NCBI GenBank assembly: GCA_963665115.1
Contig: OY762007.1
Span: forward strand, 4,416,001 to 4,480,000
DNA length: 64,000 nt
Reading direction: 5' to 3'
DNA from: an uncultured Rivularia sp.
Lineage (GTDB): Bacteria; Cyanobacteriota; Cyanobacteriia; Cyanobacteriales; Nostocaceae
Both the position numbers and the translations under genes were made by a program. The notes under the pieces were generated by a model. It searched no databases. It was not told the origin of the DNA and saw nothing but the letters and a program-made list of their open reading frames with translations. Shown here piece by piece: positions 21,853-31,715 of this stretch; within the stretch, counting starts at the first letter, position 1; each line of letters starts with the position of its first letter.

Positions 21853-22572
21853 ATGATTGCTACCGTTCGTCCCTATAATATTACTTGGGAATTATTACCC
21901 GAAGACTTCATTTTAGACGATGAACCAGTGGATAATGTCAATCAACCGCCTATTGCGGCGGCACTTACTGAAAGTTTAGAATTAGCGGGAAGATTGCCGT
22001 CCACTGCTTTGGTTACGACGAATTACGGCATCTGCGCCACCGTTAATGACAAAATTGTCGTAAAAGCTCCCGATTGGGCTTTTGTACCGCAAGTAAACGT
22101 AGCCAGAGAGGAAGTAAAACGCAGCTACACCCCTAATTTACAAGGTGATATTCCTGTAGTGGTAATGGAATTTCTCTCGGATGCAGAAGGGACAGAATAT
22201 TCCAGCAAACGCACCTATCCCCCTGGAAAATGGTTTTACTACGAGCAAATTTTACAAATTCCTAACTATATTATTTTTGAACCACAAAGCGGTTGTTTGG
22301 AAGTGCATCATTTGGATGAATCGGGATATGATTTGCGCTCCTCCGACGAAAATAACCGTTACTGGTTGAATGAGATGCAACTATTTATCGGAGTTTGGCA
22401 GGGAAGACGAGAAAACCGCGATGGTTACTGGTTGCGGTGGTGGGATGAAGCCGGTAATTTGCTGTTGTGGGGAACTGAGTTAGTTGTGCAGGAGAGAGAA
22501 GCTAAGGAAAATGCTTTGAAGCGGTTGGAAGAGTTAGAACAAAAGTTGCGGGATGCTGGGATTGAGCCTTAG
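21853..22572 (+). CDS. Uma2-family (PD-(D/E)xK) endonuclease-like protein
   Basis: APDW, VMEFLS, K..FYEQIL.IP.Y and WLRWWD with coiled tail; a cyanobacterial expanded family. Confidence 0.88.
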   Translation: MIATVRPYNITWELLPEDFILDDEPVDNVNQPPIAAALTESLELAGRLPSTALVTTNYGICATVNDKIVVKAPDWAFVPQVNVAREEVKRSYTPNLQGDIPVVVMEFLSDAEGTEYSSKRTYPPGKWFYYEQILQIPNYIIFEPQSGCLEVHHLDESGYDLRSSDENNRYWLNEMQLFIGVWQGRRENRDGYWLRWWDEAGNLLLWGTELVVQEREAKENALKRLEELEQKLRDAGIEP

Positions 22573-22633
22573 TTAAGTCAAAAATAAAAATACAGCATAT
22601 TGCAGGTTTATAAGGTACAGCAGTAGCAAAAAT

Positions 22634-23056
22634 TTAAGGGCTGAGCGACAAGATAAACCCGGTTAGCATCAAACCTATTGACAGTAAAGTTAAGTTAACC
22701 GGAGGTAATCCTGCTGTACGATTTTTCACGAGAAGTGTGGCATAAAGTGAAGATAATGAAGTCACAAAACCTATAGTTGGAATAATATAAATTATCCATT
22801 CTTCCGTTGTTTTTATATATAAATATATTAATAAAATTACTGCCATACCAGTTGCAAGAAAGCCACCCCCAGCAACTCGCATTAATGCCAAAATTAAAGT
22901 TTGAGTTTTTATGTCTAATTCCGTCCATTCTCTCTCTAATGCTACTGCATGATAAGGCATGAATTCTGAGCGGGTTAGATAAATAATTCCAAATATAATA
23001 GAGACAATGGCTGTAATTGAGTAGCAGGAAAATGATATCTTAAGTATAGCGGTCAT
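22634..23056 (-). CDS. Hypothetical 4-TM membrane protein
   Basis: Four hydrophobic helices and FMPYH motif. Likely start is ATG 23056 (ORF track 23098). Confidence 0.7.
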   Translation of the reverse strand: MTAILKISFSCYSITAIVSIIFGIIYLTRSEFMPYHAVALEREWTELDIKTQTLILALMRVAGGGFLATGMAVILLIYLYIKTTEEWIIYIIPTIGFVTSLSSLYATLLVKNRTAGLPPVNLTLLSIGLMLTGFILSLSP

Positions 23057-23082
23057 TGTTTTTAGTGAAACCAAATTTATTA

Positions 23083-23991
23083 TTAATAGTTTATACATAT
23101 CTTGATGCTTTCTAAAACCGATTGAGAGAGACTTTCTAATTCATATCCACCTTCTAAACCAAATAAAACTTTGGATGTGATTTTCAAAGAATATTTGGTA
23201 AGCACAGCATAATCTTGAGGATGTAGCTCAATCTTAGACATTAAATCAGTTTTATTTGCATCGTATCCAGCGCTGACAATAAGCAAATCTGGACGGAAGT
23301 TATCGAAAAAGGGAAGAACTTTAGTTTCAAATAATTGATGATAAGTTTGTATATTGCTACCGGGAGCGATGGGGAGATTTAATATATTGCTTAATTTGCC
23401 TGTTTCTTCAGATTTCCCTGTGTGTGGATAACCGGGAGATTGATGAATTGAACAGAAGGCAATATTGGAATTATTTTCGACAGCAGCTTGGGTTCCATTT
23501 CCATGATGAACATCCCAATCTAAAATACCAACTCGTTTAATATTTTGATTATTTAGTGCGTAAATAGCGGCGATCGCCACATTACAGAAAATGCAAAATC
23601 CCATACCTTCATCTCGAAGTGCATGATGCCCCGGTGGTCTTGCTAAAATAAAAGCAGGTTTTTCTTGCTGGCAAACTATATCAATTCCATCGAGCCAAGC
23701 ATTCACCGCCAGACAAGCCACCTCAAAGCTGTGTGGGAAAATCTGGGTTGATTCAAAACAACCATAACCTCTAGCAGAATAAGCACGAACTAAATCTATG
23801 TAGCTAGTTGAATGAATTTGTTCGATTGCTTCCACTGCATTTCTAGAAGACGGTTCGATCCATTCAATTTTATCAGCAACCGTTGAAGCTTTTAATTTAT
23901 TTACTATTTCTATTAATCTTTCGGGTTGCTCTGGATGCATATACCCGGTTTTATGCAGCAGGAATTTATCGGAGTAGATGACGGGAATCAT
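23083..23991 (-). CDS. Histone deacetylase-family (AcuC/AphA-like) Zn deacetylase
   Basis: HPE, RPPGHHA, GFC, DWDVHHGNGTQ, SAGYDA and LEGGY. Confidence 0.93.
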   Translation of the reverse strand: MIPVIYSDKFLLHKTGYMHPEQPERLIEIVNKLKASTVADKIEWIEPSSRNAVEAIEQIHSTSYIDLVRAYSARGYGCFESTQIFPHSFEVACLAVNAWLDGIDIVCQQEKPAFILARPPGHHALRDEGMGFCIFCNVAIAAIYALNNQNIKRVGILDWDVHHGNGTQAAVENNSNIAFCSIHQSPGYPHTGKSEETGKLSNILNLPIAPGSNIQTYHQLFETKVLPFFDNFRPDLLIVSAGYDANKTDLMSKIELHPQDYAVLTKYSLKITSKVLFGLEGGYELESLSQSVLESIKICINY

Positions 23992-24042
23992 TGAAATATG
24001 GGTTTAGGTAAACCAAATAATTTAACATATAATTAAAAGTTA

Positions 24043-24339
24043 CTAACTCCGCTTCTGCCACCCTTGAGGATTCTTGCTACCATGAAAAACGGCCGTAATA
24101 ATTATCCGACTTGATACAATTCTGTAATACACTGCATAGGGAAAACGTTTTACAACTGCTCATCTCACATCACGGTAAACAATAGGATACGATTCCGGAA
24201 GCAAGCAAATAGCATTTAGTTTCTCATCAATGCAATCTAAAAAATCTTCACCAAGCCCCGATTGCTGATTTTCATATCAATTATACGCTTCGTCTAGTTC
24301 ATCACGGACTTGTGGACGAAATACTAATACATAATTCAT
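24043..24339 (-). pseudogene. ParE/RelE-family toxin pseudogene with two in-frame TGA codons
   Basis: MNYVLVFRPQVRDELDEAYN*YENQQSGLGEDFL...DVR*AVVKRFPYAVYYR...AVFHGSKNPQGWQKRS; stops at 24277-24279 and 24160-24162; ATGA overlap with the antitoxin. Confidence 0.85.
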
Positions 24340-24557
24340 GTTTTTCGGATAGACTCTCTAACCTCTTGCCATGTCATTACATTATCGGAATTCGCGTCAC
24401 TATCGGCAATTCTATTCTCAAGTTCTTGTTTTTGTTCGTCTGTAAGTTCGGGATATGCTTGTTCGGCTGCAATACTATCCCAAATGGCTTGTACAAGAAG
24501 AATTCTATCTTCAACTTTTAAAGTGTTTATTTCGTTCAAGGTAGCTGTGATATCCAT
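24336..24557 (-). CDS. Addiction-module antitoxin (TIGR02574-like)
   Basis: ILLVQAIWDSI...LTDEQKQELENR...TWQEV; coupled to the ParE-like pseudogene. Confidence 0.85.
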   Translation of the reverse strand: MDITATLNEINTLKVEDRILLVQAIWDSIAAEQAYPELTDEQKQELENRIADSDANSDNVMTWQEVRESIRKT

Positions 24558-24650
24558 AAAATAATCAGTTTAATGCTTATTTAATTTCAATATAATTCAT
24601 ATCCGATTTAAAAGGGTAACATGGTTCGTAGTTTGGCTTCAACGTAGTTT

Positions 24651-24815
24651 GTAGGTTGGGTTGAATAAAGAGAATCCCAACATCATCATGATAACTAAAA
24701 CGAATAACTCAACTGTTAAATAATCTTATCTCAAACTAAAACCTTGATGTTGGGTTAAAGGTGTATTTCACCTTTTTTTAAGTAAGTTTATTTTTACACC
24801 TTTAACCCAACCTAC
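24651..24815. repeat. Inverted pair of GTAG-REP hairpins (GTAGGTTGGGTT...CCCAAC), REPIN-like
   Basis: GTAGGTTGGGTTGAA..CCCAACA at 24651 and an oppositely oriented TGTTGGGTTAAAGGTGTA...TACACCTTTAACCCAACCTAC ending at 24815. Confidence 0.7.
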
Positions 24816-24819
24816 AATC

Positions 24820-24926
24820 TACAGCACTTTGCAAACAAGTGAGGTACAGCCTCATATTACAAAACTCTTGTGGGATGGGCATCCCTGCCCGTCCGAATGT
24901 ACCACACAAAGATGAAATATGCTGTA
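24820..24926. mobile_element. 107-bp MITE-like element, TACAGCA...TGCTGTA ends, internal TGTGGGATGGGCATCCCTGCCCGTCC
   Basis: Second 107-bp copy at 27780-27886; core only (reverse) near 2498-2525; left-end fragment at 22591. Confidence 0.8.
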
Positions 24927-24949
24927 ATTGATCTCGCACTACACAACAA

Positions 24950-25363
24950 CTACTCATCACTAACCTTCTTCCGATTATTTTTAACCTGACTTCGCCTTCT
25001 TTTAGATTCAACACGCCTTCTTTGCGAACCTTTTGTAGGTTTGGTAGCTCTACGTTTCTTCTTAACTACCATCGCACTTTTAATAAGTTGTTTTAACCGA
25101 GATATCGCATCTTCTCGATTTTTTAATTGACTTCTGTATTCTTGAGCTTTAATTATAATAATTCCATCTTGGGTAATCCGATTATCATTTAATTTCAAAA
25201 GCCGCTCTTTATAATAACCTGGTAGCGAGGAAGCTTGAATATCAAAACGTAAATGAATAGCTGTCGCAACCTTGTTCACATTTTGTCCACCCGCTCCTTG
25301 AGAACGAATTGCACTAATTTCGATTTCGCTGTCGGGAATAATTACGCTGTGGGAAATTTGCAT
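24950..25363 (-). CDS. arfB: Alternative ribosome rescue peptidyl-tRNA hydrolase ArfB
   Basis: [13 protein letters not shown] (GGQ), RSQLKNRE and a basic C-terminal tail. Confidence 0.95.
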   Translation of the reverse strand: MQISHSVIIPDSEIEISAIRSQGAGGQNVNKVATAIHLRFDIQASSLPGYYKERLLKLNDNRITQDGIIIIKAQEYRSQLKNREDAISRLKQLIKSAMVVKKKRRATKPTKGSQRRRVESKRRRSQVKNNRKKVSDE

Positions 25364-25548
25364 TAATAAAATTGGGGATTGGGCATTGGGGATTAGTAGT
25401 AGGTAATGGGTAATGAGAAGAAATAATTCCTAACTCCTAAATAATTTGCAATATCTGCTAAAACTTAGGTTAAAAATAAGATGATTCAATATTGACTCGA
25501 TTCATAGGTTGAATTATTACAATACATGAAGATATTGGTAGCAGCAGC

Positions 25549-26154
25549 ATGAATATTATTGCGGCATTGTGTTTGGGTATTGGTTTGAGCGCTGCTTGTG
25601 GGTTTCGGGTGTTTATTCCACCTTTAGCCCTTAGTATTGCAGCCCACGGTGGAATGCTTACTCTTTCTTCTGAGTGGGAATGGTTGGGAAGTGAGAGTGC
25701 AATTACTACTTTAAGTATTGCTGCAACTGTTGAAGTATTTGCTTACTTCATTCCTTGGGTAAGTAACTTTCTTGATTCTATCGAAATACTTCTTGCTCCC
25801 ATAGCTGGAATGATTATGACTGCATCAACTTTATCAATGGCTGGAGACTTCGATCCTACTCTTTTATGGATTTTGACGATTATTACTGGGGGAGCTACTG
25901 CCGAAACTGTCGAATTGACAACATCTGTCACCAGGTTAACTGCATCTGTTTCAACCGCTGGCATGGGAGGGCCAATTATTGGTTTAGTTGAAGCTATCTC
26001 ATCGGCGATTATTTCGATTTTGGCAATTAGTTTACCTATTTTATCAACGCTGCTGGTTATTTTTCTGTTAATTTACAGTGTTCGTCGGATTTTGAAGTTT
26101 ATCGCCAAGCGGAAACGCAGACGCAAGATGAGGAATGTTGTGGATGAAGGATGA
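25549..26154 (+). CDS. DUF4126-family membrane protein
   Basis: GIGLSAACGFRVFIP...E..AYFIPW..N.LD pattern; multiple TM helices. Confidence 0.8.
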   Translation: MNIIAALCLGIGLSAACGFRVFIPPLALSIAAHGGMLTLSSEWEWLGSESAITTLSIAATVEVFAYFIPWVSNFLDSIEILLAPIAGMIMTASTLSMAGDFDPTLLWILTIITGGATAETVELTTSVTRLTASVSTAGMGGPIIGLVEAISSAIISILAISLPILSTLLVIFLLIYSVRRILKFIAKRKRRRKMRNVVDEG

Positions 26155-26337
26155 TATTTGGTAGTTACCCGTGCAAAATTAATTTAACATTTCGTATAGG
26201 CAGGGAATAGGGAAAAGGAAACGGGTAACAGTTATATATCTTAGTAGTAAATATATAAATAATAATGCTTAACTACTTAATTACAATTGTAGAATTTGTA
26301 ACTCAATTTCCAAGTTTTTTAAAGTTAACTAAAACTT

Positions 26338-26403
26338 GTAGGGTGCTGTGACACTTTGAATCATTTTGAATGTAGAATAATGGTCTTTCAGTGTCACGCA
26401 CCA
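26338..26403 (+). repeat. GTAG-REP with a long loop (GTAGGGTGCTGTGACAC...GTGTCACGCACC)
   Basis: Related copy GTAGGGTGTGTGACGG...CCGTCACGCACC at 27672-27742. Confidence 0.7.
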
Positions 26404-26441
26404 CCAGAGTTTTGTCACATTTGCGGCTATTCCTATTAATT

Positions 26442-26744
26442 TCAAACTTCTTTAAACCTAACTAAAGATATTTGATTGTAAATTTGATCATTTTCATTAA
26501 TCGCTTGACGTAAATCGTATTGGGTTTGTAAATTGAGCCAAAATTGAGCGCTGTTGCCGAAATAACGCGATAAACGCAAAGCTGTATCGGCTGTAATGCT
26601 GCGTTTCCCGGATAAAATTTCGCTGATTCTGGTTTGAGTTACACCTATATCTTTACTCAAACGATAAGCGCTAATGTTCATTGGTTGAAGAAATTCTAGC
26701 TGTAATATTTCACCGGGGTGGATATTTGGTAAGCAGTTGTTCAT
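26442..26744 (-). CDS. higA: HigA-family antitoxin
   Basis: IHPGEIL, ITADTALRL and FWLNLQ..YDL. Confidence 0.93.
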   Translation of the reverse strand: MNNCLPNIHPGEILQLEFLQPMNISAYRLSKDIGVTQTRISEILSGKRSITADTALRLSRYFGNSAQFWLNLQTQYDLRQAINENDQIYNQISLVRFKEV

Positions 26745-26751
26745 ATGATTT

Positions 26752-27036
26752 TTAATGGTAGTCTACTATTTCAACTTCATCTGCATTATTTTCATTTGTC
26801 CAAATAAAGCAAATTCGCCATTTATCGTTGATGCGGATGCTATATTGCCCTTTTCTGTCACCACTTAGTTTTTCCAATTTGTTACCTGGTGGCACTCGTA
26901 AATCATTAATTGATGTTGCTGCATCAAGTAAGAGTAATTTTCGTAGAGCAACCCTTTGAATATCTTGTGGATAATCGGTAGATTTAAAGCCATCAAATAT
27001 AAGCCTCACTTCTTCCGATTTGAAATTAACAATCAT
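26752..27036 (-). CDS. higB: HigB-family (plasmid-maintenance killer) toxin
   Basis: DLRVPPGNKLEKL, YSIRINDKWRICF and EIVDYH; toxin-first gene order. Confidence 0.93.
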   Translation of the reverse strand: MIVNFKSEEVRLIFDGFKSTDYPQDIQRVALRKLLLLDAATSINDLRVPPGNKLEKLSGDRKGQYSIRINDKWRICFIWTNENNADEVEIVDYH

Positions 27037-27046
27037 ATTATTATAT

Positions 27047-27077
27047 TATCGCCTAACGATACTATCGCCAAGCGTAA
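27047..27077. promoter_or_regulatory. Candidate tandem HigA operators
   Basis: TATCG-CCTAA-CGATA palindrome followed by a degenerate copy TATCGCCAAGCGTAA, just upstream of higB. Confidence 0.55.
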
Positions 27078-27187
27078 GTATACATTAATGGTTCTCGCCT
27101 TCCCTGACTTTATAAGCTCGAAGCTGGATCTATAATTATCGCAGGATAATATAAAAGTATTTTCCTTTGTCATATTTGGGATAACTG

Positions 27188-27432
27188 ATGAAAGCAATTA
27201 AAGCGATGGGAACCATTGATGAAGATGGACAACTTACTTTAGATAGTCCCATAGCTACAGATAAAAATAGTCGGGTTGAAGTAATTGTTTTAATTAAAGA
27301 AGCTACAGAAGTGGATGAAGATGATACACCATTAGAGGTAATTAAAGAAAATTTTCGTCAAGCTTGGGATGAAGCTCGGAGCGGAAAAACTATTCCTGCT
27401 TCTCAGATTTGAAATGGGATTGAGGATGTCTG
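27188..27432 (+). pseudogene. TA-associated antitoxin-like protein with a premature TGA at 27410-27412
   Basis: Reading through the TGA gives ...IPASQI*NGIEDV*, whose stop overlaps the ATG of the toxin at 27426. This suggests TGG to TGA. Confidence 0.55.
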
Positions 27433-27625
27433 AGCAAGAAGTTATTCAAGTTGAAGCAGCACTAACATTTAAGCGGAATTTACGTACTTTGGCTAAAAGA
27501 TATCGCAGCATTCGCAACGATGTACAACCCGTAATCGAACAACTTGAAGCAGGAGAATTACCTGGAAACCGGATTTCTGGAATTGGGTATGAAGTTTTTA
27601 AGCTGCGTTTTAAGAATAGAGAGGG
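27426..27625 (+). pseudogene. RelE/HigB-2-like toxin, 3'-truncated
   Basis: MSEQEVIQVEAALTFKRNLRTLAKRYRSIRNDV...GELPGNRISGIGYEVFKLR lacks the expected GKSGGYR C-terminal half, and the frame runs on into repeat DNA. Confidence 0.7.
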
Positions 27626-27779
27626 GAAAGGGTTAAGAAATCCTATTATGATGGATTCTTTTATTTTAATTAGTAGGGTGTGTGACGGTTACGAGAAATT
27701 ATTAATAATAACGAAAATTGTTAATATTGCCGTCACGCACCATTTTTTGATTCCGAATTATTCAAAAATTAAAATCAAT

Positions 27780-27886
27780 TACAGCACTTTGCAGGAAAAT
27801 AAAGTACAAGGCTACAGACTAAAACTCTTGTGGGATGGGCATCCCTGCCCGTCCAAATGTACCTCATTAAGATGAAATATGCTGTA
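27780..27886. mobile_element. 107-bp MITE-like element (copy of 24820-24926)
   Basis: Same ends, length and internal hairpin. Confidence 0.8.
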
Positions 27887-27993
27887 AATCAACCATTTAA
27901 ACCTCACCCCGTACTGACGGACACCCCTCTCCTTGTTAAGTGGGTAATGATTCTAACCGATACTTTACAATTTAATAGTTAATTGTTTTGGCG

Positions 27994-29364
27994 CTAAAGC
28001 GCAACTACGAACGAACTCAAAACTTCACTCGGCACTGGCTTCATCAATGAAGGTAAAAAACCCACAATTCCCGGAAATACAATAATCAATCCCAACACCA
28101 ACAACTGAATCAAAATAAACGGAATCACACCACGATAAATATCTGCCGTACTCACTTCTTCTGGTGCAACGCTGCGTAAATAAAATAAGGCAAAACCAAA
28201 GGGAGGTGTTAAAAACGAGGTTTGTAAATTCGCTCCTAAAATAACCCCGTACCAAACTAAATCAATTCCAAACTGTTGCGCTACCGGAACAAATAAGGGT
28301 ATGACAATAAAGGCTATCTCGAAGAAGTCGATAAAGAAGCCTAACAGCAATACTACTGTCATACTTACTATCATAAATCCTACTTGTCCGCCAGGAATAT
28401 TACTTAAAACATTCTCCATAAAAACGCTACCATTCAACCCTTTAAACACCAATGCAAAGGCAGTTGAACCAATTAATATAAACATCACCATGCTGGTAAT
28501 TCGCATGGTGGCGTTACAAACTTGACTCAAGGTTGTTAAAGTTAATTTACGATATATAGCAGCAAGAAATATTGTTGCCACACAGCCAACTGCTCCCGCT
28601 TCGGTGGGTGTTGCAAATCCAAAAAAGATGCTTCCTAATACTAATAATATTAAAATCAAAGGCGGTAACATTACCTGAAAAATCTTTGCTATTAAAGCCG
28701 AAACACCAATATTTCTAACTTCTGGAGGTAATGCTGGAGCAATTTCTGGTTTTAAAAATGCGATTATCAATACATATAAAGCAAAAGCACCCGCCATCAT
28801 CAAACCGGGAATTATCGAACCAACAAATAAATCTCCTACCGATATCCCTAATTGATCTGCAAGTACTATCAATACGACTGATGGGGGAATAATTTGTCCT
28901 AATGTCCCCGATGCTGCAATCACACCAGTTGCTAACTTTTTATCGTAACCGTAGCGCAACATAATTGGTAAAGATATCAAACCCATTGCCACAACTGTCG
29001 CTGCTACAACTCCGGTAGTTGCTGCCAATAAAGCTCCCACAATTACCACAGCTAAAGCCAAACCACCGCGTATTCTTCCCAGGAGAATTCCCATCGTTTC
29101 CAAAAGTCGTTCGGCGATACCCGTTTTTTCTAGCATCGAACCCATGAAGATAAAGTAGGGTATTGCTAATAGGGTATAGTTCTTCATGATATCGAAAATC
29201 CGCAGTGGCATTAATCCGAATAATTGCAGATCGATAATTCCTAATGCACTTCCAATCAAAGCGAAGATAATCGAAACCCCACCCAAAGAAAACGCTACCG
29301 GATACCCCAAGGATAATAAAGCCAAAGCACCAGCAAACATTAATGGCCCTAACCAATCAATCAT
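27994..29364 (-). CDS. dctM: TRAP transporter large permease DctM
   Basis: GYPVAFSLGG, LLAIPYFIFMG, GTLGQIIPPS, TPTEAGAVG and TPPFG. Confidence 0.95.
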   Translation of the reverse strand: MIDWLGPLMFAGALALLSLGYPVAFSLGGVSIIFALIGSALGIIDLQLFGLMPLRIFDIMKNYTLLAIPYFIFMGSMLEKTGIAERLLETMGILLGRIRGGLALAVVIVGALLAATTGVVAATVVAMGLISLPIMLRYGYDKKLATGVIAASGTLGQIIPPSVVLIVLADQLGISVGDLFVGSIIPGLMMAGAFALYVLIIAFLKPEIAPALPPEVRNIGVSALIAKIFQVMLPPLILILLVLGSIFFGFATPTEAGAVGCVATIFLAAIYRKLTLTTLSQVCNATMRITSMVMFILIGSTAFALVFKGLNGSVFMENVLSNIPGGQVGFMIVSMTVVLLLGFFIDFFEIAFIVIPLFVPVAQQFGIDLVWYGVILGANLQTSFLTPPFGFALFYLRSVAPEEVSTADIYRGVIPFILIQLLVLGLIIVFPGIVGFLPSLMKPVPSEVLSSFVVAL

Positions 29365-29905
29365 TACTGTTTTCCTCCTGGGGTTGTAAATAACCTTTAA
29401 AAATTGCCAAGTTTTTGATAATTTGAGAGATTCCCTGCAATATCAGCAGAGCAAAGGAAATAATTATTGTAGTTTTGATCGGATATCTTGGTAAACCATC
29501 TGGATCTGGAGAATTTTCTAAAATTGACCAGGAATTAACAATGGTTTCCCAGGAATAGAAAATAATCAAACCACAAAACGGAATTAAAAATAATAGAGTA
29601 CCTAAAATTTCTATCAGCGCTTTTCGACGGGGATTCCATTTACTGTAAAATACATCAACCCGCACGTGTTCGTTATATTTGAGCGCGTAAGCCGCTGCAA
29701 AGAAAAATATTAAATCAAAAATATACCATTGAGCTTCAATATAAACATTAGAACTCAGATTAGCGCCAATTAACCTTCCTAGATATCTGCCGACAACATT
29801 CCATCCACCCACAACAACTAATACTAATACCAGCCAAGTGGTTATTTTACCGATAACTTCGTTAAAGGCATCGATGATTCGCGATACTTTTAGTAACTTC
29901 TCCAC
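29357..29905 (-). CDS. dctQ: TRAP transporter small permease DctQ
   Basis: EAQWY, HVRVDVFY, four TM helices; overlaps dctM. Confidence 0.93.
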   Translation of the reverse strand: MEKLLKVSRIIDAFNEVIGKITTWLVLVLVVVGGWNVVGRYLGRLIGANLSSNVYIEAQWYIFDLIFFFAAAYALKYNEHVRVDVFYSKWNPRRKALIEILGTLLFLIPFCGLIIFYSWETIVNSWSILENSPDPDGLPRYPIKTTIIISFALLILQGISQIIKNLAIFKGYLQPQEENSND

Positions 29906-30697
29906 AACCCACTACCTTTATCAACCTTTGTAAAAGTAGTTTACATCTGTGAAGGGGAAGATTTATGTTAATCAGTTATCAATTATCAATTAAGATTTAC
30001 CTTCTGTAGTGGGAGCGTCTCGCTCCCTGGTTGTAATTCAACTCATCGCTTGCTTACTTCTAAATCTTTGACGCGAATTACTATAAGATTTAGGGTTGTT
30101 TGATTCACAGTCATTTTTTGTAAACTATGATTTTATCAAATAGCTCGATAATAAAATTAATTGTAAATTTGATTTAGTAATTTAATTTTCTTATTTAAAT
30201 AATCAAAACACGTCCAAACAGATTATATACAAAAATAATTTTACACGAAAAGTGACTTATATCACTCCATCAAAATAACGAAATTGCGTTGAGTAATTGA
30301 ACATATTCTCATTAGTGGCTGCATAATTTTAAACAAGCGTATATTTTTGTTAATTGTCATCACGAAATACTGAACTTTTTTTGTGTTTATATATCTATTT
30401 GTTAAGTTTTCTAAGTAATACGAGTATTTTAGATAACTTAAAAAATATTATCCTCGTATTTAAACTGAGCAAAAATAATCTAAATAAAAACAGTAATTCA
30501 TTTTGCAGTGAAATTAAAGACACTAAAAACCGGGCTTCTCTAATTTTGACTTCGGGATTTAGAGATGCTGTAAATTTTTTAATATACTCACCTTTAGAAG
30601 TATATTATTTTACTTTAATAACAAAAAAACCGTATTTATATTGAGAAAAACATGGGTTTATATAAATATGATTTGTTAAAATTGCTGCAAATAGCTA

Positions 30698-30882
30698 TGT
30701 AGCTGTTTCTAATAGCGATCGCACTTAAGGAATTGGTAGAAAACTTGTGGAAACCAGCTTTCGTGAATTAAGAAATAGTAGAGAACATTGAAGCTAAGAA
30801 GTTTTGGCAAAAGTTGGGTTGGAAGGTACGGGAAGATATCAATATGATGTGCTTAAATATTTTCGATTCTGTGAATCCTTAA
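30698..30882 (+). pseudogene. GNAT acetyltransferase C-terminal remnant
   Basis: Broken frames reading AVSNSDRT*GIGRKLV... and ENIEAKKFWQKLGWKVREDI (GNAT motif A/B-like); no intact start. Confidence 0.55.
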
Positions 30883-30981
30883 ATTTTCTACAAAAAATAT
30901 AAAAAGTAATGAAACATACTTGCACGCAACCGCATCAATAAAGCTATAACGTACTTATAACTACTATGGCTGTATTAGTAA

Positions 30982-31608
30982 ATGAAGTCTGGTTTTATCT
31001 TTAAAGGAATATTATTAACTACATTAGTTGCTGTAATTGGAACTAGTTTGAAGCTATTTAATGATAATCAAGCTCAAGCAGTGAAAAAGGCTGGTTTATG
31101 TAGCGAAATCAAGCCACTAACTCAAAATAAAGCGGAAAAATACGATAGAAACGGATTGAAAGAAAGTGAAGGCACTTTTTACGATCAAGTTTCTTTTAAA
31201 TCCAAGCCCGTGGTATCAGTAGTTATAAACCCGGAGGCGTTAGACGTTAATAAATGGGCAAAAGTTCCGCAATCGGCAATTAAATATATTGGTAAGGAAG
31301 ATGAATGGTTAAGTCCAGATAATTTTTATTTAGTTGAAGTTCCCAGCGATGCCAAGGCTTTGGCTTTGGGTAAACCCTGTCACGGTGACGGCAATGCAGC
31401 AGTTCACTCTATCAGAAAATGGGATGTTGCAGAAGATAATAAAATATCCATCAACGGTAAAATTAACTTAGAACATCCTACTCCCTTACCTAAAATTAAT
31501 CCTGCTCATATTTTGGTGAATACCGGAAGTGATGAGCAAGATAGTTTGGGGGGTGTGACGGAGGTTTACTTTAGCAAGGAGAGAGTAAGGATTCCGATGA
31601 AGAAGTAA
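30982..31608 (+). CDS. Hypothetical secreted protein
   Basis: Signal-like N-terminus; 208-aa ORF. Confidence 0.7.
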   Translation: MKSGFIFKGILLTTLVAVIGTSLKLFNDNQAQAVKKAGLCSEIKPLTQNKAEKYDRNGLKESEGTFYDQVSFKSKPVVSVVINPEALDVNKWAKVPQSAIKYIGKEDEWLSPDNFYLVEVPSDAKALALGKPCHGDGNAAVHSIRKWDVAEDNKISINGKINLEHPTPLPKINPAHILVNTGSDEQDSLGGVTEVYFSKERVRIPMKK

Positions 31609-31715
31609 TTGGAGATGGGGAGATGGGGAGAAAATTAAATATTTTTAACTCACTTCTCTCCATTCCCTAGTGCCAATCCAAAATCACTTTACCGGGACAA
31701 GAATCTTTTAAGCAA

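Noticed and set aside
24043..24339. In-frame TGA codons as selenocysteine or an alternative genetic code, given selD nearby
   Set aside because: They fall at positions expected to be Trp and Arg (single transitions), many intact genes here end in TGA, and other pseudogenes carry TAA stops.
27369..27875. 168-aa ORF as a full protein
   Set aside because: It is a chimera of a truncated RelE-like frame reading through REP and MITE DNA.
29906..30690. Long AT-rich gap with a 96-aa ORF (similarly 47240-48170 and 15700-16150)
   Set aside because: Low-complexity, non-protein-like ORFs and no recognisable RNA motif; treated as promoter or decayed DNA.
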